NCBI GenBank assembly: GCA_965230295.1
Contig: OZ246001.1
Coordinates: 3,520,001 to 3,584,000, forward strand
Source of the DNA: Marinicella sp.
GTDB lineage: Bacteria > Pseudomonadota > Gammaproteobacteria > Xanthomonadales > Marinicellaceae
Direction of reading: 5' to 3'
DNA length: 64,000 nucleotides
The notes under the pieces are model-generated. The model searched no databases. It worked only from the letters and a program-made list of their open reading frames with translations, and was not told the origin of the DNA. Made by a program: the position numbers and the translations under genes. Within the stretch, counting starts at the first letter, position 1. Every line of letters begins with the position of its first letter. This document shows positions 11,016 through 19,943 of this stretch, piece by piece.

Positions 11016-11846
11016 ATGAAATCAATCCAAGACATCCGCATTCGGTTTGTTGGCGCAGGTAATATGGCTGCCAGTTTAATTGGAGGCTTGATCAACAAAG
11101 GCATCACAGCCAGTCAAATCACAGCCAGTGATCCAGGACAGAATCAACGAGACTATATAGAAAAACAGTTTCAAATCCTGACCTATGGAGACAACAATGC
11201 GCATTTTGGCATGCCTGATATTGTTGTCATTGCAGTTAAGCCACAAATCATGAAGCAGGTTCTCGCCAATGTGTCTGAAAGCATAGTGAGAAACAAGCCG
11301 TTGGTCATATCTGTGGCCGCGGGCATCACCACCCAACAAATCAGTCATTGGCTGAACGCTGATTTGCCTGTGGTTCGAACCATGCCCAATACCCCAGCTT
11401 TGATTGGGCAAGGTGCCATTGGTATGTATGCCAATCAAGCGGTCAATGCAGAGCAACTGCAAATGACTGAGCAGGTAATGGATGCTGTGGGTACTTCTAT
11501 TTGGGTGAACGAAGAGTCACAGATTGATGCGGTCACCGCCTTGTCAGGAAGTGGCCCGGCTTATTTCTATATGTTTATGGAGTATTTGCAGCAAGCCGCA
11601 GAAAATTTAGGTCTGGATGAGGCTGATGCAGCCTTGCTGACCAAGAAAACGGCCATTGGTGCAGCCCTGTTGGCAGAAAGAAGTCCTGAGTCATTGAATC
11701 AGTTAAAAGATCGGGTGACCTCTCCCAATGGCACGACAGCTGCTGCACTTGACAGTTTTTCAAAAGATAATATCAAACAAGTCATCGAGCATGCCATTCA
11801 AGCGGCCAATGATCGATCAATAACTTTGTCAAAAGAATTTGATTAA
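11016..11846 (+). CDS. proC: Pyrroline-5-carboxylate reductase
   Basis: GAGNMA, AVKPQ, SVAAG, RTMPNTP, ALSGSGPAY and VTSPNGTT. Confidence 0.97.
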   Translation: MKSIQDIRIRFVGAGNMAASLIGGLINKGITASQITASDPGQNQRDYIEKQFQILTYGDNNAHFGMPDIVVIAVKPQIMKQVLANVSESIVRNKPLVISVAAGITTQQISHWLNADLPVVRTMPNTPALIGQGAIGMYANQAVNAEQLQMTEQVMDAVGTSIWVNEESQIDAVTALSGSGPAYFYMFMEYLQQAAENLGLDEADAALLTKKTAIGAALLAERSPESLNQLKDRVTSPNGTTAAALDSFSKDNIKQVIEHAIQAANDRSITLSKEFD

Positions 11847-11935
11847 AGCATTTGTATACCCTCAAAAAAGCATACCGCCTCAATCTTGACTGGCATATAA
11901 TGGATGGTTGTTGTCAATTTTGTATCTACTGATTC

Positions 11936-14900
11936 ATGCTCAAAACACCCATCAGTTTCAAAGGCCCCAGCGGTCAAATCCAAAGCCTTTTTACTGAAAA
12001 AACCATATTCAAAGCCACCCAAATGCTGTTGGATGACCAGTTGTCAGGGTGGCATTACAACGAGGTTTCACAAGTTTCAAGGGCACGCATTGTCAATCAG
12101 GCTGGTGAGGTCATAGAAGTGAGTATGTTATGGCCCATTGATAAAGAACACACAACCCATGGGGTGAATGCAGGTGAATCAAATTTTGGAACTTGTGGCT
12201 GTGATGCTCCAAAACCTTGTGTTCATTTAGCCGCATTGACCGTGTTCAACAAATCGAAGTTAGATCAGTTGCCACCTTTTACCCAACAGGTTAAGGCGTT
12301 AAGAGACATCAACACAACTTTCATGGCTTGGCTGAATCATCAACGACATGACCCATATCCAGGCATGGCACGACACCGGGTGGCATATATTCTGGATTTG
12401 AATGAAAAGGGACACATCAAAGTCGGTTTGTTCAAAGCTTACCTCAGCCAAGATGATAAATTTCAAGTCAAGGCTGAAATCGACAGCAGTTTGTTTTTCA
12501 GAAAGCAGTTGCCTAAATTTGTCAGCGAGATTGACCAATATGTGATGTATGAAATGAATCAAAATGGTTTGGCCAAGGTGCATCAATTTACGGTTGATCC
12601 AAACCGTGATGAAGACATGCTGTTGATGATCTTTAAATCTCAGCGTTGTTTTTGGAAAGCCTGTTATCGAGCACCAATCAGCCTTGAGGAAGTGGCTGGG
12701 TTCAGTGACAAATCATTGATTCAAATAACACCACATCTTAAATATGCCCTGGCTGAAAATTCAGTTCATCATCTCATCAAGCAAAAAGGCGACGCTGCTT
12801 CATCTATAAAATCATTGTCAGAAACAAGTGAATTTCAGCCTCAACTGAACATCACCTCAACAGTTATGAATTTTGAATGGCGTACAGAGCCGGTGTTGCA
12901 AATGGATGTGGCGCATCCTCAATTCTCCATTGGATCCTCACTTTTTGATTTGGACGATTTGGTAAAGGGCCGCGTAAAAATCAGTCCGGCGCAGTTGGAA
13001 CTGGTGTCTTCATCTTGTTATCAGATTGAAAAATTGATGTCTGTTTATGCAGCTTTTGAGCCACCTGTTAATCAACACTTTCAAATCAATGACCGTTATT
13101 TAGGGGATGATTTCACTGCAATCGCCCCTTTGTTGGTCGCTTTGAAGCAGGCGGGGTGGGTCATTGATATAGCAGCAGATTTTCGACTCAATCATGCCAA
13201 AGCAGACCAATGGTACGTGGAAGTCAATGAATTGAAAAGTGCGGCCGCCCAAGGTTGGTATGACCTTAAAGTTGGGGTTGAAATCGATCAAAAGCAATTC
13301 AACCTGATGCCTTTTTTACTCAAAGCGATAAAAACGGGCGCTTTCGATGCAGTAAAAAATGAATTGATGGTGCAATTAGATAATGGTCTGAATCTCGGTA
13401 TTGATAAACAACAAATCAACCAAATTCTGACAACAATCAATGAGTTGTATGACGGTCAAGGTGATCCTGATCAATTGCTGTTGTCCAAGCATCAACTGGT
13501 GGCTGTGGCACAAGCTCAGCCCAAATGGGAACAAGCCCTGCATGCTGAAGACAGTTCCTTACAATGGTTGGGCCACAAAGAGGTTCAGGAAAAGTCACGA
13601 GCACTTAAGTCCATAGAAAAACTTGAAGAAGCCACTTTGCCAGTTCATTTACGGGCTGAATTAAGGCCCTACCAACACGAAGGCTTTTCATGGTTGTGTT
13701 TTTTAGCCAATCATGGTTTCCATGGATTGTTGGCTGATGACATGGGATTGGGTAAGACCCTACAAACGTTGGCATTCATCCAGGCACAGAAAGAACGACA
13801 GCCCACAATCAGTACCAGCCTTATAGTAGCGCCCACCAGCTTATTAGGTAACTGGGTGGCCGAAGCCAATAAATTCACACCACAGTTAAAAGTGGGGGTG
13901 ATGACAGGGTCGGGCAGACAGACCATGTATGATTCTTTTGAACAGTATGATCTGATTGTGACCAGTTATGGAATCATCAGCCGTGATTTCGTTGACCTGA
14001 ATCGCAAGTCAATCCATTTGTTGGTTTTGGATGAAGCACAAGCCATTAAAAACAGGAAAACTCAAGTGGCACAAATCATCAAGCGTTTATCGCCTGAGCA
14101 TCGCCTGTGTCTCAGTGGTACGCCAGTAGAAAATCATCTGGGTGAGCTGTGGTCAATTTTTGATTTTCTGATGCCCGGTTTTTTGGGAACGGAACGTCAA
14201 TTTCAACAACGGTTTCAATGGCCCATAGAAAAGGAAAATGATGTCAGTAAACTCAATGAATTGCAGTCGCGCATAGCTCCATTTGTATTGCGCAGAACCA
14301 AACAAGAAGTGGCCAAAGAGTTACCAGCCAAAAGTGAGATCATCAAATTCATTGAACTTGATGAATCACAGGCGACCGTCTATGAAAGCATACGACTGAC
14401 CATGGCTGATGAAATTCGCAAAGCCGTTAAAAACCAGCAAAACAATCAGATACTGATTGGCAATGCGTTGTTGCGTTTGCGGCAAGTGTGTTGTCATCCA
14501 CGTTTAGTTCAATTGAAATCCATCGACAATGAGGCCAAATCTGCCAAGTTGAACTGGTTAACCACAGCATTGCCTAACCTGGTTGAAGAAGGTCGAAATA
14601 TTTTGATATTCTCCTCTTTTACGGGCATGTTAGACATCATTGCCAATCAATTGGCATCACTTGGAATTGGTTATTTTGAACTGACAGGAAAAACATCACC
14701 TGCAAAGAGGACTGAGTACATTGCAGGTTTTCAAGCCAGGCAAAGGCCGGTGTTCTTGATCAGCTTAAAAGCCGGAGGTGCAGGTATCAATTTAACGGCT
14801 GCAGACACTGTGATTCATTACGATCCATGGTGGAATCCGGCAGCAGAGCAACAGGCCAGTGACCGGGCTCATCGCATCGGGCAAGACAAACAGGTTTTTG

Positions 14901-15061
14901 TTTACAAACTCATCACACGCGGTACAGTGGAAGAAAAGATTCATCATTTGCAGTTACATAAACAACAGTTGGCAGCAGGTTTGTTATCGAACAGGGCGGA
15001 CATCAGTGAAATCTTGAGTGAACACCAATGGGAAAGTATGCTCAGTCCAATAGACTCCTGA
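11936..15061 (+). CDS. SWIM zinc-finger SNF2-family helicase/ATPase
   Basis: SWIM motif CGC...CVH, LRPYQ, LADDMGLGKT, LDEAQAIKN, LSGTPVENHL, SLKAGGAGINL and DPWWNPAAEQQASDRAHRIGQ. Confidence 0.94.
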   Translation: MLKTPISFKGPSGQIQSLFTEKTIFKATQMLLDDQLSGWHYNEVSQVSRARIVNQAGEVIEVSMLWPIDKEHTTHGVNAGESNFGTCGCDAPKPCVHLAALTVFNKSKLDQLPPFTQQVKALRDINTTFMAWLNHQRHDPYPGMARHRVAYILDLNEKGHIKVGLFKAYLSQDDKFQVKAEIDSSLFFRKQLPKFVSEIDQYVMYEMNQNGLAKVHQFTVDPNRDEDMLLMIFKSQRCFWKACYRAPISLEEVAGFSDKSLIQITPHLKYALAENSVHHLIKQKGDAASSIKSLSETSEFQPQLNITSTVMNFEWRTEPVLQMDVAHPQFSIGSSLFDLDDLVKGRVKISPAQLELVSSSCYQIEKLMSVYAAFEPPVNQHFQINDRYLGDDFTAIAPLLVALKQAGWVIDIAADFRLNHAKADQWYVEVNELKSAAAQGWYDLKVGVEIDQKQFNLMPFLLKAIKTGAFDAVKNELMVQLDNGLNLGIDKQQINQILTTINELYDGQGDPDQLLLSKHQLVAVAQAQPKWEQALHAEDSSLQWLGHKEVQEKSRALKSIEKLEEATLPVHLRAELRPYQHEGFSWLCFLANHGFHGLLADDMGLGKTLQTLAFIQAQKERQPTISTSLIVAPTSLLGNWVAEANKFTPQLKVGVMTGSGRQTMYDSFEQYDLIVTSYGIISRDFVDLNRKSIHLLVLDEAQAIKNRKTQVAQIIKRLSPEHRLCLSGTPVENHLGELWSIFDFLMPGFLGTERQFQQRFQWPIEKENDVSKLNELQSRIAPFVLRRTKQEVAKELPAKSEIIKFIELDESQATVYESIRLTMADEIRKAVKNQQNNQILIGNALLRLRQVCCHPRLVQLKSIDNEAKSAKLNWLTTALPNLVEEGRNILIFSSFTGMLDIIANQLASLGIGYFELTGKTSPAKRTEYIAGFQARQRPVFLISLKAGGAGINLTAADTVIHYDPWWNPAAEQQASDRAHRIGQDKQVFVYKLITRGTVEEKIHHLQLHKQQLAAGLLSNRADISEILSEHQWESMLSPIDS

Positions 15062-15067
15062 CCCACA

Positions 15068-15544
15068 TCACAGGGGCAATTCCGAAGTGCTTTTCTTTTG
15101 TCTCAGTATTAAATTGGTGTTGGTGGATTGAACGACCCCTACACTCAGTAATTCCCTCATCAAGAAACTTTCCAGTTGTTCAGTGTCTTTGGCGATAACC
15201 TTCATCACGTAGTCAAAGTTTCCGGCTGTTGAATTGCAGTCCAAAATATAGGGACACTGTTCAACGAATTCGTCAAATGTACGCAGTGTGTTCAGTTCAT
15301 GGTTCAACATGGAGACCTGTACATATGCCATGACTGAGAGTTCCAGCATTTTGGGATCGAGCAAAGCCACGTACTTTTTTATATAGCCCTTTTCTTCCAG
15401 CTTTTTAACCCGTCGCCAGCAAGGTGTTTTTGACAGATTTACTTGATCTGCAAGCTCTTGGGTGTTGATGTCGGAATTCTTCTGCAAGGTTTGCAAGATC
15501 ATTAAATCATAGTTGTCTAACTCTTTCATGGAATAATATGCCAT
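15068..15544 (-). CDS. Lrp/AsnC-family transcriptional regulator, divergent from phhA
   Basis: LDNYDLMIL, LADQVNLSKTPCWRRVKKLEEKGYI and AGNFDY. Alternative start at 15529. Confidence 0.94.
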   Translation of the reverse strand: MAYYSMKELDNYDLMILQTLQKNSDINTQELADQVNLSKTPCWRRVKKLEEKGYIKKYVALLDPKMLELSVMAYVQVSMLNHELNTLRTFDEFVEQCPYILDCNSTAGNFDYVMKVIAKDTEQLESFLMRELLSVGVVQSTNTNLILRQKKSTSELPL

Positions 15545-15660
15545 TAAAAATCATAAAAATGATACTTTATTCCATAAATGAGGAAATATAAAGAACATTA
15601 GAAATATTGTTTCAAGTATTCTGCATACAATAGACATTCGCTAACATTTTAGATTGATGC

Positions 15661-16476
15661 ATGTCCAGATATACCTCTACTCACTACCAAGCCAAGCAGG
15701 CTGATGCCAATGGTTTGATTAATTACACAGACAGTGAACATGACATGTGGTCTGAATTGTACCAAGCGCAAATCAGTCTGGTTAACCGGTATATGGTCAA
15801 CGAGTATATAGAGGGATTGATCCACATCAACATGCCAAGTCACAGAATACCTCAATGTTCTGAAATCTCTGAAAAATTAAAAAAATTGAATGGCTGGCAA
15901 GTTGAGCCGGTTCCAGCACTGATTGGTTATGGCCGATTTTTTGATATGTTAGCGAACAAAAAATTTCCTGCAGCCTCTTTCATTCGCAGTAAAGAAGATT
16001 TTTCATACGTTAAAGAACCTGATATTTTTCATGAAATATTTGGACATACGCCTTTATTAACCCATCCGCAAGTGGCCGCGTTTTCACAACATATAGGTGA
16101 ATTGGGACGCAATGTCACTGCAGACAACCACGCCTGGCTGGCCCGATTGTATTGGTTTACCATTGAGTTTGGCCTGATCGAATCTAATGATAAAAACAAC
16201 ATCAATGGTGTGGTCCCGATGGGTTCCGGATTAGCGTCTTCTCCCACAGAACTGGTTTATGCGGCCAAAAGTGATACACCTCAACGCAAGCGATTTGATG
16301 TCTTGGATGTTTTGACCACACCTTATCGCATAGACATCAAACAGCCCATTTACTATGTCTTGGAGTCTTTTGACCAGCTCCAGGAAATCACTGAACGTAA
16401 TATTTTGGCTGATATCATCCAAGCCAGACGGATGGGATTACAAAGTCCTCATCAGTCATTGGCCGAAGCCTGTTAA
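15661..16476 (+). CDS. phhA: Phenylalanine 4-monooxygenase (pterin-dependent aromatic amino acid hydroxylase)
   Basis: EPDIFHEIFGH and LYWFTIEFGL carry the His/His/Glu iron triad. Also TPYRIDIKQP. Adjacent to phhB. Confidence 0.92.
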   Translation: MSRYTSTHYQAKQADANGLINYTDSEHDMWSELYQAQISLVNRYMVNEYIEGLIHINMPSHRIPQCSEISEKLKKLNGWQVEPVPALIGYGRFFDMLANKKFPAASFIRSKEDFSYVKEPDIFHEIFGHTPLLTHPQVAAFSQHIGELGRNVTADNHAWLARLYWFTIEFGLIESNDKNNINGVVPMGSGLASSPTELVYAAKSDTPQRKRFDVLDVLTTPYRIDIKQPIYYVLESFDQLQEITERNILADIIQARRMGLQSPHQSLAEAC

Positions 16477-16485
16477 AATAGACCT

Positions 16486-16827
16486 ATGGATTCAGATCAA
16501 TTGAAGTCTGCTCAATGTGAGCCTTGCCAAGGTGGTGTGGCTGCCATGGGTATCGACACCGTTAAAGAGTACATGAAATCGATTCATGTTGATTGGCATT
16601 TTATTGAGGAACAGAATGAGATATCAAGGGCATTCAAGTTTAAGAATTTCGGCAAAACCATGTTCTTCGTGAATGCATTGGCCCACATGGCAGACCAACA
16701 AGGACACCACCCTGATGTTGAATTTGGCTACAATTACTGTCGAGTTAAGTTCACCACTCATGAAGCCAAAGGCCTCACCATCAACGATTTTATTTGCGCC
16801 AAACAAGTGGATCTGATTATTTCCTGA
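16486..16827 (+). CDS. phhB: Pterin-4-alpha-carbinolamine dehydratase
   Basis: CEPCQGG, FKFKNF, GHHPD and TTHEAKGLTINDFICA. Confidence 0.95.
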   Translation: MDSDQLKSAQCEPCQGGVAAMGIDTVKEYMKSIHVDWHFIEEQNEISRAFKFKNFGKTMFFVNALAHMADQQGHHPDVEFGYNYCRVKFTTHEAKGLTINDFICAKQVDLIIS

Positions 16828-16962
16828 TATTTTTTGCAAGTCATACAATCTTCATTGTATTTGATGGTAAGATTCAGCCCGTGAGTACAATAGCTGCCCA
16901 CTGAGGCTGTTATCTATAGGAAGCTCGCAAACCTTAAATCCCAAATTTGTATGGAGTACATC

Positions 16963-17499
16963 ATGAAAAATCAATTGAAATGGACCTTCGCTGCACTGTT
17001 TTTGTCTTCAGCTGTTCAAGCCAAGGTCTATGAGTGTATCGAAGTTAATTTGTTTGAAGTCGATCGAGAAAATATTTCTACCAGAGAAATGGCCAGAGCG
17101 GCTGAAATTCCTGATCAAACCATTGCATCAATTCAGACCTATGTGAGGACTGAACTGAACATTGATTCCAATGGATTGAGCGCTAAAAAAGGTGGGGAGA
17201 CAGATTCTTGTGAAAACCCAGATACAACCCTGGAACTCAAAGGTACGATCACTGATTGGAAAAAAGGCAGTCGGGTGATGCGCTATATGGTTGGTTTCGG
17301 AGCGGGAAAACAAAAAATTCAAATCGAAGCGGAACTGTATGACAAAGCCACCGGTGAGTTACTAAAAAAAGACCGTGTCGTTGACCGAAAGATCGGAGGT
17401 TTGATTGGTGGCAGTGAGAACAAAGGCAAGCGCGATTTTGCCGAGAAAATGAATAATTTTGTCCGTGTTGCTCTGGGCATGAAGAAAGCCAAACTGTGA
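16963..17499 (+). CDS. Exported DUF4410-like protein
   Basis: Signal peptide ending VQA, and LKGTITDWKKGSRVMRYMVGFGAGK. A GGAG RBS precedes ATG 16963. Confidence 0.7.
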   Translation: MKNQLKWTFAALFLSSAVQAKVYECIEVNLFEVDRENISTREMARAAEIPDQTIASIQTYVRTELNIDSNGLSAKKGGETDSCENPDTTLELKGTITDWKKGSRVMRYMVGFGAGKQKIQIEAELYDKATGELLKKDRVVDRKIGGLIGGSENKGKRDFAEKMNNFVRVALGMKKAKL

Positions 17500-17520
17500 T
17501 GCCATTGGATTGACTCAAAC

Positions 17521-17545
17521 AAAGGCACCGTCTGGTGCCTTTTTT
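17521..17545. terminator. Intrinsic terminator, probably bidirectional
   Basis: AAAGGCACC-gtct-GGTGCCTTT followed by a T-tract, between convergent genes. Confidence 0.85.
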
Positions 17546-18137
17546 ATTTCATGGGTTTAAAGTTTTTAACGTTGAGTTTCACATTACTTTTTTGATCAGC
17601 TTCTGACTCCAGGGCCTCACATGGGTGTAAAGATTCGAGGCATCTTTGGGTAAGGTGTTGATAAATTCCTGTGCCAACAGTTTTCCATTTGATTTGTTGA
17701 TCAGAGGCTTGTTTCTTTACAGTGGCTGGGGAACCGGCAATGACAGAACGGGCAGGGGCTTCGAAATTGGGTTTGATGTAACTCAAAGCGGCAACCATAC
17801 ATTCTTTGCCGAGTTTAACGTTGTCCATCACCACTGTTTGGATGCCCACCATACAGTTCTCGCCAATGTCACAGCCATGTAATACGGCACCATGACTGAT
17901 GTGTCCATCTTTTCTGACCCGCGTTTCACCACCCGGGAAACAGTGTGCAATACAGCCATCTTGAAAGTTGACGCCATCTTCTAAAACGATTTTGCCAAAA
18001 TCACCACGCAAGCTGGCATGTGGGCCGATGTAGCAGTTTTTACCAATCACCACATGGCCAATCACAGAGGCAGTGGGGTGAACAAAACTACTGGGATCAA
18101 CCACTGGGCGTACCCCGTCTATTTCATAAAAGCTCAT
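17544..18137 (-). CDS. Hexapeptide-repeat gamma-carbonic-anhydrase-like protein (PaaY/CaiE type)
   Basis: YEIDGVRPVVDPSSFVHPTA, ASLRGDFG, QDGCIAHCFPG, HISHGAVLHGC and a WKTVGTGIYQHL...CLESL tail. Confidence 0.88.
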   Translation of the reverse strand: MSFYEIDGVRPVVDPSSFVHPTASVIGHVVIGKNCYIGPHASLRGDFGKIVLEDGVNFQDGCIAHCFPGGETRVRKDGHISHGAVLHGCDIGENCMVGIQTVVMDNVKLGKECMVAALSYIKPNFEAPARSVIAGSPATVKKQASDQQIKWKTVGTGIYQHLTQRCLESLHPCEALESEADQKSNVKLNVKNFKPMK

Positions 18138-18395
18138 TGAAATGTATGCCGATTAAGAGTCAGTCATTTTACAACAACCCAACAACACAAAGTAATGGCA
18201 GTGTTCGGTAAATTAATGAATTTCATGATATGGGTTTACTGCGCGTAATCAGAATAGATATTTATACTGGCTTGTAAAAAGCTCCGCAAAAAATTACACT
18301 GTTTGCTCAAAGGAGAACGGGGGATCTGTTCGACCAATGCGCCAGGTCGTAAACCGGGTTAGGACCAAATTTTATTAACTGAACCAGTATCTAAA

Positions 18396-19796
18396 ATGAA
18401 AAAAGAATTCAAAGTACCACACACACTGATTTTATTGTTGGGCATGATGTTGATTGCCTATGTGGCCACGTGGATCGTACCACAGGGCTTTTTTGAGACC
18501 GTTACTTTGGAAAACGGTCGTGATGCTGTCGTGGCTGGCACCTATGAGGTTTCAGAAAGCCAGAAGCGATTGTCTTTGTTTGAGTTTTTGGTGGCGATCC
18601 CCAGGGCTTTCGCAGCAGCACAGGACATCATCTTCTTTGTATTTATCATCGGGGGTGTGTTGGCCATTGCTCGTTCAACAGGTACCATCGATGCGCTCAT
18701 TGGTCGCATGTTAGATCGGTTTGGTGACAAACCCCATATGCTGATATTTATGGTTATATTTGTGTTTGGCATGGCCTCTGGAGCGATTGGAACCGCCGGA
18801 GAATACATACCCTTTGTGCTCATTTTGGTGGGGCTGTGTAAGGCCATGCGGCTCGATGCGATGACAGCAGTGGGCATGGTGGTGACTGGCTATGGGATTG
18901 GCTATGGTGTGTCTGCATTCAACCCATTCACTGTGATGGTGGCACAACAAATCGCTGATGTGCCTTTGTATTCAGGTTTGTGGCTGCGACTGGCTATATT
19001 TGTACCTTTTGTGTTGATTGGTTTCCACCACGTTTGGAAATACGCCAAAACGGTGCAGGCTGATCCATCAAAATCCTACGTACACGGTTTGGCTTGTCCT
19101 CTTGAAGACCAAGAACAGCATGATTACCCGCAGTTAAACAACCGCCATCGTTTGATTTTATTTGGCTTGGTGGCCACCATTGTGGTTTCGGTATGGGGCA
19201 TTTCTGAAAAAGGCTGGTATCTGTATGAATTGGGTGCCATGTTCATCATCTGGGGTGTCTTTGCCGCTGTGGTCGGAAAGCTCAACGCCGATGTAGCAGC
19301 CAATAAATTTGTCGAAGGGGTGCAGGAATTGGCCACCACAGCCATTTTAATCGGGGTGGCTCGTGGTATTGCATTGATCATGGAGGACGGTCAGATACTG
19401 CATACGCTGGTGCATGCCATGTCAATGCCATTGTCCTATTTAGGTGCTGAATTGGCCGCTGTGGGCATGTTCATCATGCAATCCATACTGAACTTATTCA
19501 TTCCATCTGGCAGTGGTCAAGCCTATGTGACCATGCCCTTGATGGCACCGGTGGGGGACATCATTGGTGTTAACCGCCAAATTTCAGTCCTGGCTTATCA
19601 GTTTGGTGACGGATTTTCCAATATGATCATCCCCACCAATGCGGTGTTGATGGGCATCATTGGTATGGCAGGGGTACCATACAACAAGTGGTTTAAGTTT
19701 TGCTTACCACTGATCCTGAAATTGATGGCTGCTGCTGCCATTGTGTTGGTACTGGCCGTGGTGTTTGATTATGGGGCAGGGGTGCAGCCGATTTAA
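18396..19796 (+). CDS. YfcC/DcuC-like membrane transporter
   Basis: KVPHTLIL, many hydrophobic segments, FNPFTV, FIPSGSGQAYVTMP and AYQFGDGFSNMIIPT. Confidence 0.9.
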   Translation: MKKEFKVPHTLILLLGMMLIAYVATWIVPQGFFETVTLENGRDAVVAGTYEVSESQKRLSLFEFLVAIPRAFAAAQDIIFFVFIIGGVLAIARSTGTIDALIGRMLDRFGDKPHMLIFMVIFVFGMASGAIGTAGEYIPFVLILVGLCKAMRLDAMTAVGMVVTGYGIGYGVSAFNPFTVMVAQQIADVPLYSGLWLRLAIFVPFVLIGFHHVWKYAKTVQADPSKSYVHGLACPLEDQEQHDYPQLNNRHRLILFGLVATIVVSVWGISEKGWYLYELGAMFIIWGVFAAVVGKLNADVAANKFVEGVQELATTAILIGVARGIALIMEDGQILHTLVHAMSMPLSYLGAELAAVGMFIMQSILNLFIPSGSGQAYVTMPLMAPVGDIIGVNRQISVLAYQFGDGFSNMIIPTNAVLMGIIGMAGVPYNKWFKFCLPLILKLMAAAAIVLVLAVVFDYGAGVQPI

Positions 19797-19808
19797 AAAA
19801 CCTTGTTT

Positions 19809-19930
19809 GTCATTCTGAGGGAGCCAAAGACGATTCGAAGAATCTCCGTCTATTCAGGCGATGATTAGTTTAAAGAAAAACCGAGAATTGGGAGGTCCTT
19901 CGATTCCACTGCGCTGCACTCAGGATGACG
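19809..19930. repeat. GTCAT...ATGAC palindromic repeat (CGTC-type REP-like element)
   Basis: Ends GTCATTCTGAG (19809) and CTCAGGATGAC (19919-19929). Inner arms TCGAAGAATCTCC (19835-47) and GGAGGTCCTTCGA (19891-903). Lies between convergent genes. Confidence 0.8.
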
Positions 19931-19943
19931 TTAAGGGTTTTAA

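Noticed and set aside
1514-15061. Helicase/nuclease cluster (UvrD-like, RecD-like, SNF2) as a novel anti-phage system
   Set aside because: The first three genes are recognisably recCBD, and housekeeping proC separates them from the common SWIM-SNF2 gene. There are no mobility or defence-island markers.
18331-18368. Resemblance to the guanidine-III or SAH riboswitch
   Set aside because: Only short words match (TGCGCC, GCCAGG, AGGAC). The required pseudoknot partner strands are absent.
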